Assembly: GCA_963729625.1 (NCBI GenBank)
Contig: CAVSOU010000005.1
Span: 57,467 to 121,466 of the forward strand
Source of the DNA: an uncultured bacterium
GTDB lineage: Bacteria > Chloroflexota > UBA5177 > JANWHV01
Length of the DNA: 64,000 bases
Direction of reading: 5' to 3'
A model generated the notes under the pieces. The model searched no databases and was not told the DNA's origin. It saw nothing but the letters and a program-made list of their open reading frames with translations. A program made the translations under genes and the position numbers. Positions 1 to 12,136 of this stretch are shown one piece after another (positions within the stretch are counted from its first letter, which is position 1; every line of letters begins with the position of its first letter).

Positions 1-826
1 CAACTGATTGGGGCGCAGTCCTGTGGCCAGCAATATCGCATAGAACCAAATAGCAATGCCCGCGACTACCAGAGACTCTGCTACCTGGGGGCATTCGTGA
101 ACCGGAGGCGGCCCGGCATGGCGACGAATATTAACGCTACTAGGCAGGCAAACAGCATCGCAGCACGTGACCAAATACATCCCCGAGCCCGTCCCAGATA
201 GCAGGCGCCACTCCAACAAAGAATAGATCATGTGGCATGAGAGCGAGCGACTTCAGGATTGGTGAGGTTGAGCAGGCAACCGCCGCCAGCAGAGGTAATA
301 GCCAACTCACAAGAACTGCTCGGCATTTCGCATCCGCTCAACAAGGATTGTGACAAACACGGGCAGGCAGAACTTCATTTCCATGGCTAGTGTCCAAAAT
401 ACGCTGTCGACGTTGCCACACCGAGGTACGCCCGCACCAGTGTCTAGTTTGCCAATAACGTGCTTGCGTACGGCAAAGCATTACCCTGAAAAGACGGGAT
501 TGTCGTTGCAAACGCGCACGTCACGCCTATCCCATGCATTGGGTATTGCCGAAGGAATCTATATGATACGAACGCGCGTCCCGCACGCTCTTCAGCGCTC
601 CACAAAATGACAAATCCGCTAACAGGGAAGACCAGGCGCATGCTCAAGTGGTCGTATCAGGGCGCCTCCTGTAGGTCCCTGTACGCCCAAACTTGTGGGC
701 GGCGTCCGGCCGTCGCTGAGCGGCAGGTAAGCGGTACAGGACAACGCGGGTGGCTGCTACAAACCTCAGTAGATCCAATACGGGAACTCGCTCATGTTTG
801 TCGCGGGCAACGCTCCCCACCCGCAC
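1..826 (-). CDS. Acyltransferase 3 family (OafA-like) O-acyltransferase; frameshifted, runs off the window edge
   Basis: Family motifs in different frames: RVPVLDLLRFVAA..VVLY, SGFVILWS...F...RFLRQYP, GNVDSVFWTLAMEMKF; lies at the distal end of the EPS operon. Confidence 0.7.
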
Positions 827-919
827 CCCCAGTTCCGCCGGAACTTTTTTAAGTCACACCATGGCGCATGGCAACAGCAGGCCATGCCACAGAACCTCCG
901 GCACCGTGCTATCTAGCGT

Positions 920-2223
920 TTATTGCTTGGGGGTGGTGGAGCCATCGTAGCGAAGCTTCGCCCAAATTCGGGTCTCGCTCATGCTCGTAGCCGATATCGG
1001 CGTCGCGTAGCTGTAGTGTGCCGCCGAAATATCTGCAAAGAGATGCCTTCCAAGTCGCCAGGAAACGCCTGCCTCGAGGTCCCTTTCCTTACTATCATTC
1101 AATGACAGGTCGTAGTCAGCGCGTGTATAGGAATAAGAAGCCCGGGCACGGAGGAGTTCCGTAAATGATCGTTCGAGCCTTATCGAGCCTATGTATCGCT
1201 TGCGATCATTGGTCGTGCTGACCTTGTAGGTCTCGTCGTACCACCCAGCGCCAATCGCCAGCAGGGTGCGCCGTCCAGTTATTGTCCAGTCAAGCCGGGC
1301 GTATTGGCTGAGAAATGCGTCGGTGGTTTGCGTTAGGCTTTGAATATCATGCGCCGCCACCGGCAGCGGTTCGCCACCGCTCCAACCCATGGCAACTTCG
1401 CTGGATCGGCACAATTGTGTCCCGCTCGCAGACTAATCGTAGAGAGGTCACCGATCTTGCGGCTGATCTCGAGCCTCAGGAGGGGGCTAGACTCGGCGAC
1501 GGCGGAGCCCGTAATTCGATTCACGCCGATATCGAGACTGCCCTTCGTGTGAGCGCCGTCGAGCGCGTACTCCAGATGTGCTTCCTGTCGGTCGTAGGCA
1601 CTGAATAGCGACTCGCTTTGCGGCTCCACTCGCTCCGTCCTACGCCTAGCGAGACTCTGCTCGTGTTCGACAGGTTTCGCTCCAGAGCCAGTTCTCCACT
1701 GTAGCGCTGGCTGTCCAGCGGACTCCACCTGATAGTCGACACGACCATACCGTGCATTCGCCAGAATGCGCATTTGGCTATCGAGTTCAAATCGAAAATC
1801 AGGTCCGGTAGACAGGGAATTAATGTTCTCGCGATTTAGGGGCGAATCTACGGTAAACAGATCGCGCCGGGTCTGGCCAAAGCTATCGTCCAGAGACCAA
1901 TGTATCCGGTCCTGCCAGAGTTCCAACTTCAGAGCCGCGCCAGCGTTGCCAAGCAATTCGGAACCGTAGGTGCTATTCGCGTAGTTCAGATACGCCAGAT
2001 CACCACGCACGTCGGTTGAGAGTAGACGGGACTGGTCGATATACAAGAAGCTTGCGCCCAGCTCACTTATCGTGTCGCGTTGCTCGTTCGTTGCCGTTCG
2101 CCCAATATTATTCGACGTTCCTACACCTGCATCGCCAGACAACGAAAAGTCCGCGGCGTTCACCAATGGACTGGCCAACAGTGACAGACCAAGAATGGTT
2201 GTTTTAGTTATTTTGATTCGCAC
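920..2223 (-). CDS. EPS-associated outer-membrane beta-barrel protein; frameshifted
   Basis: Signal peptide, amphipathic beta strands, C-terminal ...WAKLRY; split over ORFs 1333-2223, 1521-1790 and 920-1414; sits downstream of the BY-kinase. Confidence 0.7.
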
Positions 2224-2225
2224 TT

Positions 2226-3140
2226 ACGTCACCATTACCCGAGGAGTAATCGCCATATGCCCCATAGCCGTAGGGCCCTTCGGCCAATCCTAACGCCCTT
2301 GGTTCAGAACCAAGCCAATAGACTTGCCATTACCCAGGCTCGTGATGGAATCGAGCACAGCCTGACGTGGCGTCCTGCCCGCCCTCACGACCAGCACTAC
2401 CTGTCCGACCACGGCCGCAAGGGCCCTGGACTCGCTGGAAGCCAGCAGGGGCGATGAGTCGAACAACGCGATACGCGAGCGGTCGCGCGAGATTATGCGG
2501 GTTACAATTTCCGTCATTCGCCCGCTAGACATGAGCTCCGTGGCATTTTCGTTTGGCCTGCCCGATAACAGTATTGACAGGCCGCGGACGTCCGTTGGCA
2601 AAATCAGCGATTCCACGTCGATCGTGGAATCGCCAGCGCCTCTAAGCAACCCCATTTCCTTATCTACGCCGAAGATTCGGCTGATGTGCGGCTCTGTGAT
2701 GCTGGCGTCGATCAACAACCGAGGTATCGCGCTCGCGCGCCATACTGAGTGCCAGGTTAATGCTCGTAAACGTCTTTCCGTCACCCGGCAACGCACTCGC
2801 CATCATAATTAGACGAGGATTAGCAGCCAGCGCCGCACCAGATGGTCTCGCCGAGTATGCAGCAGCAATTAGCGGTCGCTTAATTTGACGGTACTGATCT
2901 GCAAATCGCCGGTCTTGCTGTGTTTCCGGCAAGTAGCCCGCGGCGCGCAGCGCAGCTCTGTCGATGAGTACACGTTGAGCATTTGTGGGTACCGCAGTGC
3001 CTGAGGCCCCGACTTCTTCCGATTTATAGGGTGCAAGTGCTCCAATATTTTCAGGGGGCGCTACGCCCCCCGTGGGTGACGCAGGAGCGATGGCACCGGC
3101 ACTGCGGCGCAGCTTGTCAATGGTTCGTTACGACACTCAT
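2226..3140 (-). CDS. Bacterial tyrosine autokinase (Wzc C-terminal/CpsD-like, XrtA-associated type); frameshifted
   Basis: DQYRQIKRPL, Walker A SALPGDGKTFTSINLALS, FDSSPLL, GLVLNQ; Tyr-rich tail YGYGAYGDY in a shifted frame; end coordinate approximate. Confidence 0.8.
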
Positions 3141-3149
3141 GGGTCACCC

Positions 3150-4766
3150 TTAGCCTGCACTTGATATTGGTAAGGCAATCCGCAGGTTTGCCCAGTTGAG
3201 AACAAGCACGGCCAAGAAGATACCCGCGAGGCCCGCTGCCGCCATGATTAAGCGCGTCAACTCCCCTTTTGCTGCGGCCTCCTGCTCTTGTGGGAAGGCA
3301 GGACTCACAACGCCCAATACGGGCAAGTCGGTTAATTCGCTCAAGCTTCTAACCGACGACACGACCGGCGCAAGTAGATTCAGCAGGTACGTCAGGCCAG
3401 CACCTGCGGCCAGCGCGACAAGCAATACGGCTGACAGGAGCACAAGTCGTCGGGGAAAGACCGGAGCGTAGGGCGCAGTCGTCGGTTGGATTACCTCGAA
3501 GCGCACTGAGCCGGCATTGTCAGCCTGCTCTCCTAGCCTAGCCTTCTCATAGTTCCCGAGCAGCGCGGTGTACTGCGCCTTGTTGGTATCGTAGTCGCGG
3601 TTTAACTGCGCAAATTCGGCCTCGACCTTCGGAGCAGTGTCCAGGCGCTGCCTTAATTCTGCTGCCTTGCCGCGGTGCTGCGATAACTCGCCCCGAAGGG
3701 ACGCTATGTCTACGTCAGCCTGGTTTAGCTGTAACTGGATACTTTGGTACACGGGGTTGCTGCTAACGCCGCTTGCTGCGACTGCTCCCACGTCACCACG
3801 ACGAAGACTTTCAATCTCCGCTTCACGTCGGACCTTTAGTTCCGCGAGCGTTGCACGCGCCGCCATGACGTCGGGATGCTTGTCCGTATAGCGCAGGAGC
3901 AACTCGTCCAGACGGGCCTGGGTTTCCTTAATGCGGGACAGCGTGTCGCCTCCTCCAGCCGCAGCTCCCCTAATAGCCACGGTGCCTGTTGATGCTGACA
4001 CTACCGATTCGCCATGCAACTGACGTGCCAACTCCGCGCGTCTCGAGACCGCAACATTCAGGTCATTCTCGGTCTTCTTCGCCGCATCTATTTCAGTCTG
4101 AAGCTGTGAAAAATAGCCGCCCTGCTCGGTTGGCATCAAACCAATATTGTTCTTCTTGAAGTCGGCCAGCCGACTCTCCGCGTCCTTTAGGCGCCGCTCA
4201 TAGAGGCTGATCTCGGTCTCAAGAAATTTCTGAGCGCTCTGGGAGCCGGCCCGCTTTCCCCCGAGCGTCTGCTCTACGAACGCATTGAGCACAGTATCGG
4301 TAACTTTCAGGCTTCGTGCGCGATTCCTGTCTTGGTAGGTAAAGGTATAGACGCTTCCGCCTGTGTCGCGGTCGCTGTCATGACCGCTGGCGCGACGCAC
4401 AGCGATATTGAGGCGTTCAGCTAGGGCGCTAAGAATTTCCGCCTTCCGGCGCGGGTCCTGTAGTGGTCGGCTTTAGAATGCCGCTTTCGATTGCAAGCTT
4501 CTCGAGCTGATCACCCGATAAGAGAGACTGGCGCACATAGTTGAGCTGGACACTGACGTCCTGCTCCATGGTCAGCCCCGAAGCACGGGTTTGAGCGCTG
4601 TGCGTGTGTCGACAAATATACTCGCGGTCGCCTCATACCGGTCCGGCAGGGCAAAGACCACGACCCAACCAACGATTGCCAGCGCAGCCGCGGCCGCCAT
4701 ACCAAGCCAGCGGAAGCGCCAGCAACTCCTGACTTCATCTATCACTTGACTGAGGATTTGGTGCAT
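3150..4766 (-). CDS. Polysaccharide chain-length determinant (Wzz/GumC, XrtA-system type); frameshifted near the N-terminus
   Basis: WRFRWLGM..GWVVVFALPDRYEATASIFVDT N-terminus, YTDKHPDV, LNRDYD, coiled coil, C-terminal TM segments. Confidence 0.85.
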
Positions 4767-4770
4767 CGGA

Positions 4771-5356
4771 TCAGAACCTTGACTCGGGTATGAGCAGCAC
4801 GTCGCCTGGCAAGAGTGGGATGTTTTGACTCATGTCGCCATCGTCCAGAAGCCTACTGATCTTCAGATGAATCTCGGTCTGCTTGCCATTGATGTTGCGT
4901 ATGACTTTTGCTCGGTTGGCTGCCGCATACTGGGCAAGACCGCCTGTTGCCAATACGGCGTCGAGGACGGTCATGCCATCCCGGGACGCCAGGGCCTGAG
5001 GCCTTAAGAACCTGCCCCATCACTTTCGACTTGATTTATGGCGCCAATAGGTTGTGTAACAATGACATTGACCTGTGGTGACTTTACGTACTCGCTCAGG
5101 ACGCGCTCGATATCGCGCGCTAGGGCCGTTGGGTTCTTTCCACGGCCACCATGTCTTCAACGAGTGGCGTGGAGATCTTGCCATCCGGGCGGACCGGCAC
5201 GGTGCTTGTCAGCTCCGGGTTCCTCCATACGAACACCTGCAGAATGTCGCCCGGCCCTATGATGTAGTCGGGTGACACGGATGGCGCAGCGGGCTCCGCT
5301 GCGGAACCTAGCGTTACCATTCCGAGGCCAAGCAAACACAGAATAAGTCGCTTCAT
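4771..5356 (-). CDS. Polysaccharide export protein (Wza/Poly_export + SLBB); frameshifted
   Basis: YIIGPGDILQVFVWRNPELT..VPVRPDGKISTPLVED and MTVLDAVLATGGL...GDMSQNIPLLPGDVLLIPESRF. Confidence 0.88.
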
Positions 5357-6646
5357 AGGCTGGCTATCTATTTACGGGCTGGCCGTTCAGTGTAACAGAG
5401 GGGGCTTTCAGTTCGCCGCCGAGGTGCTCGGCGCATATGGGGTTGCCAAGGGGAGTCTGGGCCGGGGTCGGTTTCGTCACCTGCTGTAATACCTGCAGGA
5501 GGTCGCCGGGTCGCAACCAAGACAGCAACCAGATGAGCACGCGACCTGATAGCCGCAGGCTCGACCTGGCCGGTGGTCCTGAGCGTGGGCAGCGACGGCA
5601 CTGTCGAGCTGCCCTCAGCAAGGGGCCAACCGTACGGGATGGAATGGGTGCCGACCTGGGTACTCTGTGACGAGCTTGCTTGGCCGCTATGGGCACCGGC
5701 GTTGCCGGTGCGGCTCGCATTTCCACGCGGGGTCGTCCGTTGCGGCGCGCCCGTACGTGAGAATTTCGCTGCCTTTTTGATCTCTGCGGCGTCGAGCCGT
5801 CCCAACAACCCGCCGATTTGAGGAGTGTCGCGATTTTTCGGTGTGCGAGCGCCGCACACGTGCCTTCGGCCTCTGACACATCGCCCTGCCGCAAAGCACC
5901 AAGATCCCCCCAGCGCGGTCGCCCTGAACTGCTTTTCCGGCAGTTGCCGCCACGATATGGCCGCGTCGCGATAAAGCCCCGGCGCCATCAGGACCGCGGC
6001 GATCGGGGCCAGAACCACCGAGTTCGGCGCACGGCAAGACTCAGAAATTCCAAGGGACGTTTCGACACAGCCTGACTCATAACCCACCCTGTGAATGCTC
6101 GCACGCGAGGTTTACGTTCAGGCGCGCGGCGGGAGCAGGACCCGGCAGTGCGCCGGGGCCCACGTTACGTTCGCAGACTAGCGCCCATTGATATTTTAAG
6201 GCGCTAGCCGGAGGAGCTCTGTGCACTGGCGCTCAGTTGGGCCACTTGCTGGCCTTTCCGGACCCTTGGTCGGGACTTCCGCGTTCACCACCAAAGCACC
6301 TTGAACGAGGACGCATCCACAGCCTCGTCGCTCCTTCCCGTGTCCTGCCGGGCGTACAGGCCCTCGCACAACCGCGCCACTGCTCCGTCGCCGCCCGATA
6401 CAGCGGCAGTTGTACTGCGCCCCTTCGCATCGAATGGCATTCATCAGTCTGGCTAGGGTTGAGCAGGATGCGCTGGACACCACCAGTGCCAATTGCGCGC
6501 ATCGGGCAGGCATTGAAGGGGAAAGTAATGGATCTGCGGCACATCGTCGGCCTGATCCATTTTAGGGCTCCCGGGGATCGGGGCCAGATGTCGTCGCCAC
6601 AGAGAGCCATCTGGCGCGCTGACGTATCAGCGCGCCAGACGCAAAA

Positions 6647-7942
6647 TCATCGCTTGTTGACGTCCGTGTAGTCGCGCTTCGCCGAGCCCGTGTAGAGCTG
6701 CCGCGGGCGACCGATGCGCATGGCGGGATCGGAGATCATCTCCTGCCAGTGCGCGACCCAACCGACGGTACGTGCGATAGCGAACATCACCGTGAACATC
6801 GAGCGGGGGATGCCCAGCGCGCTGTAGATCACGCCGCTGTAGAAGTCCACGTTCGGGTAGAGCTTGCGCTGGATGAAGTACTCATCCTGCAGGGCAATCT
6901 CCTCCAGTCGCAGCGCCAGCTCGAAGAGCGGGTTGTCCGTACGCCCAAGCTTCGCCAGCACCTTGTGACAGGCACCGCGGATGATCTTGGCGCGCGGGTC
7001 GAAGTTCTTGTACACGCGGTGACCGAAGCCCATGAGCCTGAAGTGGCTGGACTTGTCCTTGGCCATCGCCAGGTACTTGGGAATGTTCTCCACGGTGCCG
7101 ATCTGCTCGAGCATCGCCAGGACCGCCTCGTTCGCACCGCCGTGCGCCGGGCCCCAGAGGGCGGCAACGCCTGCCGAGATCGCGGCATAGGGGTTCGCGC
7201 CGGTGCTGCCGGCCAGGCGCACGGTGGAGGTGCTCGCGTTCTGCTCGTGGTCCGCATGCAGGATGAACAGCAGGTCCAGCGCCTGGGCGGCAACCGGATC
7301 CACGACATAGTCCTCGCAGGGCACCGAGAAGAACATGTTCAGCATGTTCGAGGTGTAGTCGAGGTCATTGCGCGGGTAGACGAACGGCTGGCCCAGCGAA
7401 TGCTTGTGCGCGGCCGCTGCGATGGTCGGTAGCTTCGCGATGATGCGGTGGGCGAAGATCTCGCGGTGCCGCGGGTTATTGATGTCCATCGAGTCGTGGT
7501 AGAAGGCCGACATCGAGGCCACCACCGCCGACACCATCGCCATCGGGTGGGCGTTGTGGTGGAAGCCGTTGGTGAACCGCAGCAGCGATTCGTTGATCAT
7601 CGTGTGGCGGCGGATGCTGCTCGTGAAGTCCACGAGCTCTTCCTGCTTGGGCAGCTCGCCATTCAGAAGCAGGTAGGCGACCTCCATGAAGGAGCTCTTC
7701 TCGGCCAGCTGCTCGACGGGGTAGCCCCGGTGCAGCAGGATGCCGGCGTCCCCATCGATGTAGGTGATCTTGCTCTCGGTGGCGGCGGTGACACCGAATC
7801 CGGGATCAAAGGTGAATACGCCGTGGTCCTTGTAGAGGGACGCGATGTCGAGGACATCGGGGCCGATGGAACCGGACAGGACGGGCAGGAGGGATTTCTT
7901 GCCGGAGCTCAGGTCGGTGAGCTCGAACTTCTTGTCTGACAT
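6647..7942 (-). CDS. gltA: Citrate synthase (type II)
   Basis: [63 protein letters not shown]. Confidence 0.98.
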   Translation of the reverse strand: MSDKKFELTDLSSGKKSLLPVLSGSIGPDVLDIASLYKDHGVFTFDPGFGVTAATESKITYIDGDAGILLHRGYPVEQLAEKSSFMEVAYLLLNGELPKQEELVDFTSSIRRHTMINESLLRFTNGFHHNAHPMAMVSAVVASMSAFYHDSMDINNPRHREIFAHRIIAKLPTIAAAAHKHSLGQPFVYPRNDLDYTSNMLNMFFSVPCEDYVVDPVAAQALDLLFILHADHEQNASTSTVRLAGSTGANPYAAISAGVAALWGPAHGGANEAVLAMLEQIGTVENIPKYLAMAKDKSSHFRLMGFGHRVYKNFDPRAKIIRGACHKVLAKLGRTDNPLFELALRLEEIALQDEYFIQRKLYPNVDFYSGVIYSALGIPRSMFTVMFAIARTVGWVAHWQEMISDPAMRIGRPRQLYTGSAKRDYTDVNKR

Positions 7943-8106
7943 TCGCCGCAAACCTTATAAAAATGCCATGCCGCAGGACGCAACATACCTGTCACGAGCC
8001 TACACGGTCCGGCATCCAAATCAAGGCAAGGCGGCGTGCATGCTGCACGTTCCTTGAAAGTTGCAGGCACCCATCGCTTCGGTGCCTGCAAGCCAACCTT
8101 CCGTAT

Positions 8107-8337
8107 TTAGGAAGCCTTGGCGCCCACAGCCACCGCGGCAGCGGCGTACTTCTTGCGGAACTTGTCGACGCGGCCCGCGGTGTCGACGATCTTCTGCTTG
8201 CCCGTATAGAACGGATGGCAGGCGGAGCACACGTCCAGGTCCAGGTTCTGGCCCAGCGTGGAGCGGGTCTTGAAGACGCTACCGCAGTTGCAGGTCACCG
8301 TGATCTCGGCGTACTCGGGATGGGTATCGGCCTTCAT
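8107..8337 (-). CDS. rpmE: 50S ribosomal protein L31 (Zn-binding type)
   Basis: [13 protein letters not shown]...[26 protein letters not shown]. Confidence 0.97.
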   Translation of the reverse strand: MKADTHPEYAEITVTCNCGSVFKTRSTLGQNLDLDVCSACHPFYTGKQKIVDTAGRVDKFRKKYAAAAVAVGAKAS

Positions 8338-8478
8338 GTCGCTCTCCAGTAGTCAGGGTGGTTCTGGCGAATCGGTGCGCGGGCCTAGCTTCAAGGCCTT
8401 GTCGAACCGCCGCCAAAGGGCCGGGGAGTCTAGCCCCAGCGTGCGGGACTCACAACCCCCTGTTTTTACGGGGTCGCC

Positions 8479-8691
8479 TTATCCACATTTTCTGTGGATA
8501 ACTCTGTGAGTAGTCCTGCTGCCGGATTTCCAAAACGCTGGCAAAACAGCATTTCTGTGGCATTGATCAAATTATGACCATTGCATTTCCATCTGGTATA
8601 TCAATGGGTTACAGATACTTCATGCCGCAGTGGGGGCGATGTGAGTCGTAATGCCTTAATAGTCAGGAGATCGGATTTTCGCTGTGGATAG
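8479..8691. promoter_or_regulatory. DnaA-box cluster with IHF site; DARS-like architecture
   Basis: TTATCCACA (8479-8487), 5 bp, TGTGGATAA (8493-8501), 3 bp, degenerate TGTGAGTAG (8505-8513); IHF consensus TATCAATGGGTTA (8599-8611); further box TGTGGATAG (8683-8691). Confidence 0.7.
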
Positions 8692-8718
8692 AAACGCCAG
8701 ACGCTGCGGGAGAATGTC

Positions 8719-9888
8719 CTAAGCCCTCGCCGCAGCTTGCGATTTTTCGCCATCCAGAAAGCTTCCCACCACGTCGTTGAGGAAGGAAAAGCCCCGCTCG
8801 GTCGCCTGCCAGCGCCCGTCCCGCTCCTCCAGGAGCCCCCGCCGGGCCAGCCCTTCAAGCCGCGGCATGAGGTCCGCTGCGGCAAGCCCGGTGCGCTCCG
8901 CGTAGCTCGCCAGCTCAAAACCCGCCTTGAGCCGGAGCGCGTTCATCGCGAACTCGAACGGCAGTTCCGCTGCGGGCACCGTGCGACGCGCAAGGCTCGC
9001 CAGCGGGTCCGCCTGATAGCGGCGCGGCTCGCGCTGGTGGGTCGTGCGCTCGATGAGCCCAGTCTCGGGGAAGCTGAGCTTGCCATGGGCCCCGGCGCCC
9101 ACGCCCAGGTAATCGCCAAAGCCCCAGTAGTTGAGATTGTGGCGGCACTGGCGGCCGGTGCGTGCGAAAGCGGACACTTCGTACTGCTCAAAGCCCTGCT
9201 CGGCCAGCACGGCGTGGCAGTCAGTCTGCATGTCCCAGGCCATATCCTCATCCGGGATGCCGGTCGGCGGCCGCGCGGCGAACACCGTTCCCGGCTCCAA
9301 GGTGAGCTGGTAATGGGAAAGATGCGCGGGCTGGAGCTTCAGCGCCTCGCGAAGGTCCCGCAACGCCCCATCGCGCCCCTGCGTCGGCAGGGCGTACATC
9401 AGGTCCAGGTTGAAGTTCTCAAGGCCCGAGGCGTGCAGCTCCTCGGCCGAGCGGTACACGTCGGCCGGTACATGGATGCGGCCCAGAATCTTGAGGATCG
9501 CCGGATCAAAGCTCTGCGCACCCAGGGACACGCGGTTCACCCCGGCCGCGCGGTACTCGGCAAAACGCCCGCGCTCAACGGTGGCCGGGTTGGCCTCCAG
9601 GGTCACCTCCGCATCCGGCGCCAGGGGCAGATGGGCACCCAGGTACTCAAGCACCCGCTCGATGGCCGCCGGCGCGAACAGGCTCGGCGTGCCGCCACCC
9701 AGGAACACGCTGGATACGATCCGCCCGGCAAGCCCGGGGGCCTGCGCGGCGATATCGGCCTTAAGCGCCGCAAGGTAGCGCTGCTCCGGCAGCGGTTCGC
9801 TCAAGGTGAAGGAGTTGAAATCGCAGTACGGGCATTTCTGCACGCACCACGGAAAGTGCAGGTAGACCGCAAGCGGCGGCGTGATCAC
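8719..9888 (-). CDS. hemW: Radical SAM heme chaperone HemW
   Basis: [51 protein letters not shown]; rdgB-hemW synteny. Confidence 0.93.
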   Translation of the reverse strand: MITPPLAVYLHFPWCVQKCPYCDFNSFTLSEPLPEQRYLAALKADIAAQAPGLAGRIVSSVFLGGGTPSLFAPAAIERVLEYLGAHLPLAPDAEVTLEANPATVERGRFAEYRAAGVNRVSLGAQSFDPAILKILGRIHVPADVYRSAEELHASGLENFNLDLMYALPTQGRDGALRDLREALKLQPAHLSHYQLTLEPGTVFAARPPTGIPDEDMAWDMQTDCHAVLAEQGFEQYEVSAFARTGRQCRHNLNYWGFGDYLGVGAGAHGKLSFPETGLIERTTHQREPRRYQADPLASLARRTVPAAELPFEFAMNALRLKAGFELASYAERTGLAAADLMPRLEGLARRGLLEERDGRWQATERGFSFLNDVVGSFLDGEKSQAAARA

Positions 9889-10478
9889 CGGCTTCCCGGC
9901 AGCTGTTCCAGAAGGAGGCCCAGCGCGATCGCGCGGTGACTGATCGCGTTCTTCTCCCCGTCCGTCATCTGGGCGGCCGTAAGAGGCGACCCTGCCGGCA
10001 CGAATACGGGGTCGTAGCCAAACCCACCCTGCCCCCTGGGCGAATGGGCGATGTGCCCCTCCCAGTCACCGTGGGCGATTACAGGCTCGGTATCGTAGGC
10101 ATCGCGCACGAACGCGATCACACAGCGGTAGCGTGCGCTGCGGCGTGCCTCCGGTACGTCCACCAGCTCGCGCAGCAGCAGCTGCAGGTTCTCAAGGTCC
10201 GTCGCTTCCTCCCCGGCATAGCGCGCCGAACGCACGCCCGGGCGGCCGCCCAGCGCGTCGACCTCAAGGCCGGAGTCATCGGCGAGCGCGGGCAGTCCCG
10301 TGACCTTCGCCGCGTGACGGGCCTTTAACAGCGCGTTGGCCTCAAAGCTCTCGCCGGTCTCCTCGACGCTGGCCACGCCCAGCTGCGTCTGCAGCAGCAG
10401 CTCAAAGCCGCGCGGCGCCAGCAGCGCCGCGAGTTCGCGCTGCTTGCCGGCATTGCCCGTGGCGAGCACGACGCGCAT
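9885..10478 (-). CDS. rdgB: Non-canonical purine NTP pyrophosphatase (HAM1 family)
   Basis: [45 protein letters not shown]. Confidence 0.96.
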   Translation of the reverse strand: MRVVLATGNAGKQRELAALLAPRGFELLLQTQLGVASVEETGESFEANALLKARHAAKVTGLPALADDSGLEVDALGGRPGVRSARYAGEEATDLENLQLLLRELVDVPEARRSARYRCVIAFVRDAYDTEPVIAHGDWEGHIAHSPRGQGGFGYDPVFVPAGSPLTAAQMTDGEKNAISHRAIALGLLLEQLPGSR

Positions 10479-10489
10479 GGGTAGCTCCC

Positions 10490-11242
10490 TTATCCGGCCA
10501 GTGGAAGCGGTAGCGAGAGCGCCTGCGTCTGAAGCTCAAACAGCCTCGAAGTTCCCTGGGAGGCCAGCTCCAGCAGCTCATCCAGCTCGCTGCGGCGCAG
10601 CGGATGGCCCTCAGCCGTGCCCTGCACCTCGATGAAGCCGCCGCCGGAGTTCATGACGACATTCATGTCCGTCTCGGCGCCGGAGTCCTCGACGTAGTCC
10701 AGGTCCAGCACCGGGCGGCCGCCTACGATCCCCACGGACACCGCGGCGATCTGCCCGTGCAGCGGGCTCTTGATGCCCCGCTTGGCCACCAGCTGGGCGC
10801 AGGCATCGGCGAGCGCCACATAGGCGCCGGTCACCGAGGCGGTACGCGTGCCGCCATCGGCCTGCAGCACATCACAGTCCAGCGTCACGGTGCGCTCGCC
10901 TAGGGCGGTCAAGTCCAGGGCCGCGCGCAGCGAACGGCCGATCAGTCTCTGGATCTCCTGCGTCCGTCCCGACTGCTTGCCGCGGGCGGCCTCGCGGGCA
11001 CCACGCGTGTGCGTGGCCCGGGGCAGCATGCCGTATTCGGCCGTGACCCAGCCCTGACCCTTGCCGCGCAGGAAGGACGGCACCCCCTCCTCGATGCTCG
11101 CCGTGCACAGCACGCGGGTGTTGCCGAATTCCACCAGCACCGAGCCTTCGGCGTAGCGCGTGAAACCGCGGGTGAAACGCACGGCGCGCAGCGCATCGAA
11201 AGCGCGGCCGTCATGGCGCAGCGCAGGGGCAGTATCGGTCAT
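10490..11242 (-). CDS. rph: Ribonuclease PH
   Basis: [57 protein letters not shown]. Confidence 0.98.
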   Translation of the reverse strand: MTDTAPALRHDGRAFDALRAVRFTRGFTRYAEGSVLVEFGNTRVLCTASIEEGVPSFLRGKGQGWVTAEYGMLPRATHTRGAREAARGKQSGRTQEIQRLIGRSLRAALDLTALGERTVTLDCDVLQADGGTRTASVTGAYVALADACAQLVAKRGIKSPLHGQIAAVSVGIVGGRPVLDLDYVEDSGAETDMNVVMNSGGGFIEVQGTAEGHPLRRSELDELLELASQGTSRLFELQTQALSLPLPLAG

Positions 11243-11252
11243 GGGGTGAAGT

Positions 11253-11996
11253 CTATTCCTTGATCCGCAGCAGCGCCGCGGTGGTGTTGTCGCTGCCCAG
11301 GCCGCCGCGTTGCACCGCGAGCCGGGCCAGCATTTCCAGCGACGGCGTCAACGGTCCATCCGTCGACAGCGCGCTGGTGATGTCCTCGTCAGTCAGGTTC
11401 GCCCAGAAACCATCTGTGCAGACCAGCAGGATGTCGCCGGGCTGCACGCGCTGCAGCCGCCCGATGCTCATCTCCGGCAGCATCGGGTCACCGCCGATGC
11501 AGACCTCGACGAAGTTGCGCAGCGGATGGGTCAGCGCCTGCTCGGCGCTGATGAGCCCTTCCTGCAGTAACAGCTCCACGTGGCTGTGGTCGCGCGTGCG
11601 CCGGTGCACCCGGCCGCCACGCAGCAGGTAGATGCGCGAGTCACCCATGTGCCCGAACCACGCCGTGCCCTCCTGCACCAGGCAGACGGCAACCGTGGCC
11701 CGCGGCCGCCGCTCGATCGCAACGCCTGCGCCCAGCAGGGTGACCTCCTCGTGCGCCCGGCCCAGCGCCAGGTGCAGGAAGCCCATCGGATCCAGCAGCG
11801 GCTGCAGCGGCTGGCCGAAACGCTCGACCAGGACCTTGGCGCCCAGCTCCGCGGCGCGCTCCCCGTGCGCATGCCCGCCCATGCCATCCAGCACCACCAG
11901 CAGCGCGGCGTGCGGCGACACGACCGCGGTCGCGCGGTCCTGATTGTCCTCGCGCGCTCCCAGCAGGCTGACTTCGGCGTAATCGACGCGCAACAT
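11253..11996 (-). CDS. PP2C-family Ser/Thr protein phosphatase
   Basis: [37 protein letters not shown]. Confidence 0.92.
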   Translation of the reverse strand: MLRVDYAEVSLLGAREDNQDRATAVVSPHAALLVVLDGMGGHAHGERAAELGAKVLVERFGQPLQPLLDPMGFLHLALGRAHEEVTLLGAGVAIERRPRATVAVCLVQEGTAWFGHMGDSRIYLLRGGRVHRRTRDHSHVELLLQEGLISAEQALTHPLRNFVEVCIGGDPMLPEMSIGRLQRVQPGDILLVCTDGFWANLTDEDITSALSTDGPLTPSLEMLARLAVQRGGLGSDNTTAALLRIKE

Positions 11997-12136
11997 CCTT
12001 CTCCCGCGCGACCTGATCCGCGCGATGGGCAACAGCCTTGGGGGCCGGTGCGATTGGGCTAAACTGGCCGCGCTTTATAACACCCGGGCACCAGTACCGG
12101 AAATTCCTACATTCACGACCAGACTTAACCACACCC

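Noticed and set aside
8479-8691. oriC
   Set aside because: Only 3-4 boxes, no clear unwinding-element repeats and no dnaA/gidA nearby; geometry fits a DARS core better, though oriC is not excluded
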